A stretch of 63,834 bases of DNA, filler included, from Lenisia limosa (lineage: Eukaryota > Protista > Breviatea): assembly GCA_001655205.1 (NCBI GenBank). It is 12 parts of 12 records of this genome, joined end to end, with 100 filler letters (N's around TTAATTAATTAA, not from the genome) between each part and the next. Parts side by side here need not be neighbours in the genome. Positions count along the whole stretch, not along the records: positions 53,552 to 55,901 come from LPNZ01009401.1; positions 56,002 to 63,834 come from LPNZ01006062.1; 10 more parts are not named here. One strand, given 5' to 3'. The notes beneath the pieces are model-generated. The model was not told the DNA's origin. It saw nothing but the letters and a program-made list of their open reading frames with translations, and ran no database searches. Shown here piece by piece: positions 53,813 to 63,834 of the stretch. The position numbers and the translations under genes are program-made. Positions within the stretch are counted from its first letter, which is position 1; every line of letters begins with the position of its first letter.

Positions 53813-55012
53813 TGGGTGTCAATCATGGCTACTGCCGCCCCTCCGACAATCATCGTGTCCAATCGCGGGGGTGCCTAATATGGTAAGTAGATGCCTCATA
53901 TTGTAAGTAGAACTACCAAAAATGGTAATATGGAAGAAACCTGCCTGATATGGTCTCAGCCCTCCCCCCTACCACGATACGTCCTCTGAGTTTGTCAACA
54001 GCATCCGTGTCTCCTCCGGCAATATTCTGCAGTCTTTCCTGCAGGGATTTCGGCTGCGGCTGTGATAGTGAGAGGCTATACGTGGAATATACATATCATA
54101 TGTTGGTGAGAGGCTATACGTGGAATATGCACGCGGTTCATGTTGTTGGGACATATGTATCCTCTCACATACAAAATTATACTACTAGCATATAAAATGA
54201 TATCGACATGCCTAACCCCCCCTACAGGTCTGACATACTCGTCAGCCTTCTGGATCGGGGGTGGGTACGGCGGCGGAGTGGGCGGCTTTGGCAAGGCTTC
54301 TATGCCTGGGCGGTGAGAGACATTGGGTAAAATTAGAATATTTATGAAACAAAAAAAGCTTCGGCAGGCTTCTATGCCTGGGGATATGGTGTATAAGATG
54401 AGAATAGACAGTGACAGCGATAAGTCTTGACCTATTTCCCTTACTATATATGATATAGTTTTTCGAGAGAGAGAAATAAAAAAAGGATGTATCTGGCCAA
54501 AGCCATCTACACCATTACGCTTATAAGAGATATTGGATTATAGTATAATAATATTCGTAATGACTCCTCCCTCCACTACACATAAAATACACCCTTCTAT
54601 CTCCTATATTCCCCCTGGCGGCTTATGTCTAGTTTTATCGTTAGTTGCTCGTATTTGTTATTGTTTTTTTTTTACTTTGTTTGGAGTTTCAGATTATTCA
54701 GATTATTCGACTCGTGATTAGTACCTTTACGCCAATATTCTTCATCGAAATTTTCTTCGTTTTACTCCCCCCCTCACATCTGCTTCTTGAAGGCGCTAGT
54801 ACCTCAATGCCCTCTTCATCTCCGCTGGGGGAGTAAAATTGGAAAATTTATGAAACTAAAAAAACCCAAATCAACTCTGTTGGCTGCCAAAACAGAAGGG
54901 TTGATAACAAAACAAACAGATCACCCCCCCCCCTCACTGGTTGCGGATTCGGATGTTTCCGGCGGCGTCCACTGAAAGTTTCGCTTCCGGCACCAACTCG
55001 ACCGGTTCCGGC
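53813..55012 (-). CDS. Hypothetical Pro-rich multi-exon protein (partial)
   Basis: PEPVELVPEAKLSVDAAGNIRIRNH|GDEEGIEVLAPSRSR|CIEALPKPPTPPPY...; phase-consistent GT-AG exons. Confidence 0.55.
54825..54937 (-). mobile_element. Intron composed almost wholly of repeat family E (Introner-like)
   Basis: GTGAG(G)n...CAACCC...GCCAACAGAGTTGATTTG...TTTCATAAATTTTCCAATTTTACTCCCCCAG; 3' part shared with the adjacent intron and with CTH introns. Confidence 0.6.
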
Positions 55013-55441
55013 CTGGGGGGGGGGGGAGTAAAATTGGAAAATTTATGAAACAAAAAATACTCAAATCAACTCAACTCTGTTGGCTAGAGACACACGAGGG
55101 TTGATACAAGGGGGTAATATGGTGGTATGTGGAGGGGCTATATGGTGGTTCTTTGAGTCAGAGAAATAATGTACAAAAACAACGGGATACCATAACCACT
55201 AGTAGATTAATAATCACTGAAACGTAACTTAAAATTAAAGACACGGGTCTGTGAAATTCGGTGGTCACCGGAATTTCTCCGAAAACTTGTTAAATTTTAA
55301 GTTAATTTTTAGTATCCCACTTCCTGTGTAATTTCATGTCCACACGTGAACGTGTTATATCCGCGCTTCAACGATAACTCACTTTTGTAATAATACACCA
55401 AAACTTCAGGTTTTGTAACCAGTAGTTTTTTTCTCATAGTC

Positions 55442-55901
55442 TATGACCACAGGATCTTCAAGTTCAAGGTCACGAAATAGAAGGAATTCAGCCACAGTGC
55501 CTGCTGTTTTTCCTGAACATGCTACAGTTGTATCTCCTTCCTTTTCCCTCTCAGGTAAGGAATAAGGTAAAGGATTTACAAAGGTGTCAAAAAGATGGTG
55601 GGTTTTCTAAAATTTCAGAAAAATCTCCCAAGGTGATCAACTTTAAAAGACAGTCATCCGACTCTTCTCAGCAGCAGCCACCAAGCCAACCGCAACCATT
55701 GGGTATTTGGTTTAAACCTCTCTTCCTGAATAGCTTATTGAGCGCAACGTATTACATATCCTAATAATTCCGTTTATTGACAGTTGTAGTAGTCACGTTA
55801 ACAATGAAGACTGGGATTCTCTCAGATATTGTGGGGGTATCTGCGACCCCGAAGACCACATTGCTGAAGATGAAGAGAAGTTTGTGGGTCTCTATGAACC
55901 A
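55442..55901 (+). CDS. 5' end of a hypothetical protein
   Basis: MTTGSSSSRSRNRRNSAT|VRNKVKD...|CSSHVNNEDWDSLRYCGGICDPEDH; cut by scaffold edge. Confidence 0.4.
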
Positions 55902-56001
55902 NNNNNNNNNNNNNNNNNNNNNNNNNNNNNNNNNNNNNNNNNNNNTTAATTAATTAANNNNNNNNNNNNNNNNNNNNNNNNNNNNNNNNNNNNNNNNNNN
56001 N
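55902..56001. other. Artificial scaffold-join spacer 11
   Basis: 44 N + TTAATTAATTAA + 44 N. Confidence 0.97.
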
Positions 56002-59000
56002 GCCGACGTCGCCACCGGAGGGCAAAACCACATCCCCTCAGTACACCGTGAGGCTATGCGCGCAAGGACTATGGAGCAGACTTACTTCTCTAGGATGAAG
56101 TCAACTCGCCGACTCTCTCGCTTACTCCCGAAGGTATGCCGGTTGAGGTGGATAGGTTAACGATAAAATACAGGCATGTAGAAGAAGCAGGTTTATTTTA
56201 GAGAATCGAGAGTGCTGAATGTTCGGCCATAGTCATCATCCAACAGCAAGAGGGGCCAGAGAAAGAATGACTGTGACAGGGGATCTCTGAAGCAAAAATG
56301 TTGTAGAAGATTGGTGGTGTTTTTTCCCCATTAATCTACGACCGTATCACTTCATTACAACAGAGAGCGACAGAATGACTCCACATTAAATACTTAAATT
56401 TTGTACCCCGGTAAAAATACGGATATTTTTGTTTTTGTTTTTTTGTCTTATTTTTGCTTTTCTTTTCTTTGTTTCTTCTCTTCTTCGTTTCTTCTTCTTT
56501 GTTTCTCTGTTTCTTTCTTTTATATTGTGTAGTATCCCTTCGGAATCTTACCTTGGAAGCCCCGAAAGAGGGTTGGATGGGTAGTTATTTTGAGTATCCC
56601 TAACACGTTCTGCTTAATTTGCTGCCGATTCCCATCTCTAAACCTCTAGCCGGTTCTTCAGAGTCTGTTTCCTCCAAAAACAGTGTCCGTCCTTCAGAGG
56701 TATGGCATTTCATAGTTTTACCCCTCCCAGTTTCCAAAAAGAGTTTATTTTCGGTTTTTTTTTTTTTCATTTTCTATAAATTCATTGTTCATCCCTAAGG
56801 TTCCACTGCCACCATCACGCTCAACATCGCCCAAAGAATCGGAGGGTTCGGAGGGTTACGCTCTGCAGGAGAACCTGTCCGTTGAAAGTGAGGGCGGTTG
56901 AAACAGTGTCTCCATGCCGGTTGAGCCCATTAACACGTATAGTTGTCACCGAAGAAAACGAAGACCCCGACAATAACGAGAGTTTGATCCTTTCTCCCTT
57001 CCTCAGCCGAGGCCCTTCGAATTTGAACGGTTGGTACTGGTCGAGGGCTCACTAAAGCCATGCGTTTTAAAGCTTATTGTTGGGACGGGTCTGAATCACT
57101 CCGCCTCTGAAGATCTTCCAATTGGCAGCTTTTTTAACTTTACTAATATGTTAGACCTGCGTGAACCCGACTACAACTTCACAGGTTTGACAAAGGGATT
57201 AACCTGGCCCCGCGTCACTCCTAACAATTCAGACGACAATGAGGCCCCAGTAAAGTCCTTAGTTGTCTCCAACCCCGCACCAGTCCATGACCACATGTCC
57301 ATGAAGGGCGTGTCCGAGGCCGCTCACTCCACTGCCGCCAGGTAGGCTGCCGTGACTTGAGCTTTTTAACTATCTTAGATCTGTTCTCCGGAAACCATCT
57401 TCTGAGTTTACCAGCTCCACCACATCAAGTTCGGGAGGTTGGGGGGGGGGGGGTAAAACNNNNNNNNNNNNNNNNNNNNNNNNNNNNNNNNNNNNNNNNN
57501 NNNNNNNNNNNNNNNNNNNNNNNNNNNNNNNNNNNNNNNNNNNNNNNNNNNNNNATCAACAACGTGTCATAATTTATTGTCCAGGATTTGGAAGCTTCAC
57601 AGCATCAATGCTGATAGTTGACCTGTCTTGCATTCTCATCATTGTCATCATCGGCGTATGGCTGCAGATGGTCAACAGCAACATCTCTGATCAGGATGCC
57701 CTCAGCACAAATTTCGAAACTCACATGGAGGTGCGTGGTGAATCTGGCTCTTTGTTAAAGCTTGACAGATATACTCCATATGTTAACATTTCTTGATATC
57801 AAGCTTACATTGGGGGTTTGCTGCGTATTATTTTAATATAGTACTTCCATTCTCCCCACACTCCTGATTCTGGGTTTTTTGTTTCAAAATGTTAACATTT
57901 TTACCCCGCCCACCCCTCCCTAGAATCGCGCTGTTGCGAACATTCTTCGGTTACACGCGGACGAGCTCATTTTCAGAACACAGGCTTTTGCGCTTTCCGG
58001 CCAAATCCTCTTCTATCGCCTTTACCAAGATGTACGATTTGCTTTTTTTTATTATTTTATTTTTTTTTTGATCAAGATATCATAACACTGTAACGTTCAT
58101 GATCTTGGCAATAAACTAATCCGCTGCAGATCTACAGCAGCGGGGACATTCAAGACGTTGTTGACAGCCTGGCCAGTCTCAACCTATCGCATGAAGAAGC
58201 CGAGCTGATCATCGAATGCCAAGAACGTGGCAAAGAATTCTGTAGGTGATGTTCTTATCTGCTATTGCGTTAAGCCGACCTTTGAAAGAGCCTTGCCTCA
58301 GGATGATTATAATACCGACTCTTCTATTCCGATTCAGCCTGATTATAATACCGACTCTTCTATTCCGATTCAGCCTTGTAGTGATTGACCCACTCCAGAC
58401 AAGTTACACGCAATTACGTTAAGTCTGGTGGTGTCTTCTTCCGATGAAATCTCCTACGACCTCACCCCCGAAATTCGTGACCTGACGTGGAACATCTCGT
58501 GGGGAGGGGTGTTGGCCTGACGTGGAACATCTCGTGGGGANNNNNNNNNNNNNNNNNNNNNNNNNNNNNNNNNNNNNNNNNNNNNNNNNNNNNNNNNNNN
58601 NNNNNNNNNNNNNNNNNNNNNNNNNNNNNNNNNNNNNNNNGACGTGGAAAATCTCGTGGGGAGGGGTGTTGGCTACCGCTTTGTAGACCAGTTCTCACTG
58701 AAACAGACAAGAGGCCTGGGCAGCTACAATCAACCAGGATTACCCAGGTTAGTGTCTTGTTAAGGCAGACTTTTTCTGGCCAAAGGAAGGACTATTCACA
58801 ACCGTCGTGAATCACCTTGCCTCTCATCATCATAGGCGTGAACACCAGCCTAACATATTCGAATGACGTTGATGACAAGGCGAAGTCAGCTGAGCAGAAG
58901 ATCGAAATGGCTCGGAGTATGGTTTATGATGACATTTGGTTCGCGAGGCTTGACGCTCAACGGACGCCGATCTTAAATTTTGAGCAGTATGAGGGACTTT

Positions 59001-62000
59001 TGAGAACAACGGGTTCATTTCATAGACACAAACCTTTTGGGTACTCAGTAATAATCAGACAAGCTTTGTGGAATTTGACGTTTCCAGGTCTGTTCGAGAG
59101 AGATCCCTCGCTACCCAGATTCAAAGCGCCAAGGATGCTGTGGGGGGGGGGGGTAAGATCATGGANNNNNNNNNNNNNNNNNNNNNNNNNNNNNNNNNNN
59201 NNNNNNNNNNNNNNNNNNNNNNNNNNNNNNNNNNNNNNTTCAACTAATGATGTTCAGAAAAAAGACTTGCAAACTCTCCAGAAGCTTGCTGCTGTGCTTT
59301 TGGTGGTCGTGGTTGTGTTCTCCATTTTCGCAATCAGAAGGCAACGCCATGTTTCACTCAAACTCAGGTTCGTAACCCTGGGTTATCTTCATTGGTTGTC
59401 TCACCACTAACCTTGGATGTTTCTTGTTTTTTAAACTTTCGTAACCTTGTGTCAACCTTTGATATCTTGTGTTTTTAACATCGTCTTTTATTCTGTGCCT
59501 TCATTGTCATCGTCTTTTCTTCTGTACCTTCATTGACATCACCTTTTCTTCTGTGCCTTCATTGTCATCGTCTTTTCTTCTGTGCTTTCATTGATATCAT
59601 CTAACTCCACAGGGAAGCTGTCATGACAATGTCTTCTTCTGCTGAGGCAAAGTGGGTTGCGGGCTTCAACGTTTCGCGCACTTCATACCAAATGAAACTT
59701 CACCTCGCTACCATTTCTCCTTAACCCTATAGGAAGGAACTTTCGGCCCTCCAAAAGCAGTCGTCCCTTCAATTTATGCGCATTGCCGCAATCGTAATTA
59801 TCATTGTGCTGTGCTCTATTCTTTTTATGGTCAATAGCTCTTCAAATACCTCCAGTCTCGACTCTGCGTAAGGGGTTAAACTGTTTATGAAAAGTTGCCC
59901 TCTTCATTCCTTTTGTTTCTAAGCCCGTTTTAACGATTAGTGAGGAGAAGTTCACGCTGCGAGACGACTTATCCAGCTTACACAGCAACTACAAGTTCAC
60001 AATTGTCGACAAGGTTTGCCCCCCCCCCCCCNNNNNNNNNNNNNNNNNNNNNNNNNNNNNNNNNNNNNNNNNNNNNNNNNNNNNNNNNNNNNNNNNNNNN
60101 NNNNNNNNAACCAGCTGGGAGACTCAAAGTCCTATACCGATTTCATGTCCTACAAAGTATGAAATCGGCTTTGCCATAGTTGTCTTTGGTGTATTTGGTG
60201 TTCCTATCACCCTCTCAGACTCCGGATGTGTCTCAATTTTCCCTGGAAACTGAAGAAGAGAAAGCCCTATTTGTCCAAATATCATCCACAGCTGAAAAGG
60301 TAAGGAAACAGGGATATCTTCGAAATTGCTTTTGTAAAATCACATTTGTATCTCATTTTCTCATAATTTCTTTTTTCCTAAGCAGCATTCTCAATACTGC
60401 TAGTTGCTGTATTTTACCCTTTGTAGCTTATTCACATTTGCCGGGTGTCTATGGCAGTGTCCATGTGGGGCAACAGACTTGATGAGTCGGAGGTTGGCGG
60501 GGGGTTCAGAGGTGAAGGAGATCTGATTTTGTTGTATGAAATAAGGGACCTCATTTTCGACTACTGCTTTTTTGATATTGACTCTGCAGTTCCCTCACCT
60601 TACCTTCACGTACGATGTTACAACCGAAGATGACTACTCCTCAATTCTCTCGCTGTACCCAGACTTCTTCACCACGGGTTACACCAACAACATCGACGAC
60701 AAGGCCCTTCCCGCACAGGAGCAGGTACGATTTCTGAGAATTGATCGCAAGATCTAGGGATAGGGATACCAATCTAAGGCTTCCCAAGAGTATCAGAAGA
60801 CTGGGTGATAATAGTGATATTTTTCGAGAATTTATCGATAAGTTCTGTTTTTTAGGGGGTGCATAGTAACATATGATTAAGTGTAACTACTACGGTACAT
60901 TGAAAACGTAATAAATTACGTATTTAGATTGACCGTGCGAGAGGAATGCTTCTCTCTTCGCGCTTCTCTGGCATCTTCTATCAAATGGCCGATCGCCTAC
61001 TTGAGCTTGATGACTTAGTACAGAAGCGGATTAAGGACTCTTTTGATGATAAGGTGCGTGGACGCTTACTGGGGCGATTTATTGTCAAATCCATGTCTAA
61101 GTATCTAATCACAAGTCTTCCTTTGCTAACCCTGCAGGTTGACAGCGCTCTTCTGGCCCTGCGGATCACGTTCTATCTCTGTTTGGCTTCTTCCCCCGTC
61201 GTGCTTCTGCTGATCCTCCTTCTGAGACAAGATCTTTCAGACGTAGAGGTGCGAATGGCAGATAACAGTAGCACTAATTGTTTCTTCATCGCTTCTCACT
61301 TCCTAGGCCTACCTTAGCGCTCACCGTCGTTCACGCGTTGTTCTCCACCCCGTGAGAGGCTAATCTGAATAAGGGCTTGGTATCACCAAGGCGGGGTATC
61401 ACAGGGTATCTCAAGAAATGCCGATGCTCTGGATACTAAGAAATACTGGGTGTTCCCCACCGCTGGAGTGATGGGATGCGGTGCTGCAGAAGCTACTGGC
61501 CTGGTCTTTGTTTGTTTTGTTGNNNNNNNNNNNNNNNNNNNNNNNNNNNNNNNNNNNNNNNNNNNNNNNNNNNNNNNNNNNNNNNNNNNNNNNNNNNNNN
61601 NNNNNNNNNNNNNNNNNNNNNNNNNNNNNNNNNNNNNNNNNNNNNNNNNNNNNNNNNNNNNNNNNNNNNNNNNNNNNNNNNNNNNNNNNNNNNNNNNNNN
61701 NNNNNNNNCCCCCCCCCCTCCAGATCGGAATCAGTCTCACACGACCGCGTCTGAGGGCCCTCACCGGATTCGCCCTACTGTTCTGCATCCTAGCCTTGGT
61801 CATTTTGGGCTCTCTGTACGAAATCGGCTTCCAAGTCTGCGGCTGTGCTGTTGATGACGGGGTTGATGCTGGTATTATCTTTTTTTACATCTTAGAAAGA
61901 CACAGTCGCACTTTTCGACCAAGGAAATCTCCGTGATTCCAAACTCTTTGAGGTGAGTGACTCGGGCCAAAGGGTTCTCTTCCTCAATTTGGACTGTGGT

Positions 62001-63712
62001 TTACTTTTTAGATTGGTTACCGTGCGAACAACCTTGTCCACACCACAACCAATAACTTGTAAGACTGGGGCAACAGTCAGCCATGTATTTCGAAGCCTTG
62101 CCACACTTATCCACCCCCTCAGGTTTTGGTCGAACCGTTTAAAGCAGTCAATGGAGGAACTCCATGAAGCTGTTGATGCAACAACGTTGAATGTCCACCA
62201 AACTGAGGAAAACGCCAACCAGTGGGCACATTACCTTTATAAGTGTTCATCAAGGCTATCACTCTCACACGTGTAGTAAATTCACTGAGTACAACCAGGA
62301 AATGTACGTTAAATGTGACCCCCTTTCATTCCCCCACTACGATTTCAATGGAGAAGGCGGCCTTGAAGCAATGGTCATGCGTTTCATCCATGTGAGCTCA
62401 TGGTGGCAGTGCCCATAAGTCCCCCGTGCTAACCCTTCAGGCTGTGGACGTCTTAGTTGCCGAGATAGCTCCGACATCGGACTCGAAACAACTGCAGCTG
62501 CTGCTTGGAGGCGCGAACAAGGCGGCTGAGGCGCTTTACGCGTAAGCAGACTGTTCTTTCTCTTCCTTCCAATACATCCGCCGAAGCGCCAGAAGAAAGT
62601 TTACCCTTTAGGACCATGGATATGTTACTGGCTACCATTGAAGACGATATTGACGGTCAAGACCAGCTCTCCATCCTTGGTTGGTTGCCGATAATTGATG
62701 CTCCGCCTCACCCTTCTTCGCCTGTCTTATGACTTTCAGCATCAATGTTTGCTATCGTTCTGATTGCGATTGTGTTCTACTTCTTCGTCCATAAACCGCA
62801 GAAGTACATTTCGTAGGCATTGGGGCTGGATTGCCCTCCAGGCTTAGTACTCATTTACGCTTTCAGAACAATTGATCGTCGGGTAAGTCGAATGCTGTCC
62901 CTCATTCCCAGCTGGGTCATTGAAGAGGATTCCGCTGCTGACCTGAGGTATGTCGCGGTTGCCTTGTTTGTCAATCTCGGTTCAATACACCACTGGTATA
63001 CAAATACAGAACTGCCAGTTTTATTTCCCCAGATTCTTCCTTTTATCTGCATCGCTTTTGAGAGACAAACTCAGCGCTGGGAGCCTTGTCAAACAAGATA
63101 AAATCGGAAGTTGGAGGGGGGGGGGGGGGNNNNNNNNNNNNNNNNNNNNNNNNNNNNNNNNNNNNNNNNNNNNNNNNNNNNNNNNNNNNNNNNNNNNNNN
63201 NNNNNNNNNNNNNNNGTTACTTTCTAGATCAAGATCAGCATATCTCGTCACTTTTGAACCAACTGGACATCGTGGAAGAAAAAGAGAAAAAGAAGCAAGA
63301 TGAAACCAATGCGCTGCTCAATACGGTAAGATGGAGAAACGAACATTCCCCACTCGAGAGTTTTTCCAAGCAGTTATAACATCATAGGTTCTGCCCGAGC
63401 GCATCACACAGCGCCTTGCAAATGGTGAAACGATCAGTGATCTCAAGCCCGAGAGTTACGACAGCGTATCGGTGAGAGAGCCGACGTCAGGATATTGGTT
63501 CTTACCTTCCCAGATTCTTTTCACTGACATTGTGAACTACACCAAAATGTCGAGTGAGAACTCCCCTGACCAGGTAGGGACAGAGAGGGGGGGGGAAGCA
63601 TCCTTGAGACAGGCGTAATGACCTCTGTAGGTACTTGCCTTCCTTGATCGCCTCTATTCCATCTACGACAGGATCACGAAGGAGTACGGACTCTACAAAA
63701 TGGAAATCACCG
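56002..63712 (+). CDS. Multi-pass membrane class III adenylyl/guanylyl cyclase (both ends incomplete)
   Basis: C-terminal exons ETNALLNT|VLPERITQRLANGETISDLKPESYDSVS|ILFTDIVNYTKMSSENSPDQ|VLAFLDRLYSIYDRITKEYGLYKMEITG are the cyclase catalytic N-half. Upstream same-strand exons carry hydrophobic helices. Joining all of them into one gene is inferred. Confidence 0.8.
58481..58673 (+). repeat. 35-bp tandem repeat spanning an exon end and splice donor
   Basis: cctgacgtggaacatctc|gtggggaggggtgttgg, at least 3 copies around an N gap. Confidence 0.85.
59488..59600. repeat. Intronic minisatellite (ttctgtgccttcattgtcatcgtcttttc) x4
   Basis: Direct inspection. Confidence 0.8.
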
Positions 63713-63834
63713 GTATGCAAACTCCAAATAGTTTGGTCTTGTTTTCTTCATGTTTTCTGTTAGGTATTTTGCTACCAACCTTCGCATTTATTTACTCCCT
63801 CCCTCCAACCTTTACGCCAATATTCTTCATCGAA

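Noticed and set aside
55254-55278. Short hairpin gaaattcggt/accggaatttc as an ncRNA
   Set aside because: Single imperfect stem with no recognisable RNA family motifs

Overview
Eukaryotic, intron-dense draft genome sequence, probably a protist (organism not identifiable from here). Exons are GC3-rich, introns are AT-rich GT-AG, and the standard code suffices. The window is not contiguous: eleven identical 100-bp artificial spacers (44 N + TTAATTAATTAA + 44 N) join 12 unrelated scaffolds, so neighbourhood across spacers means nothing. The ORF track is largely uninformative and genes were rebuilt by manual splicing. Recognisable loci: WDFY3/BEACH-like N-terminus, an inverted pair of secreted sushi-like + fibrinogen-like genes, a U2 snRNA, SNF8/Vps22, a BAR protein, cysteine dioxygenase, a complete 13-exon bacterial-type fold-II PLP enzyme, cystathionine/methionine gamma-lyase, a paladin-like phosphatase, a LIM protein and a transmembrane class III cyclase. 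At least four short interspersed repeat families are present. The most interesting one sits flush against splice sites in five unrelated genes on four scaffolds (Introner-like). All family assignments come from recalled motifs, not database searches.
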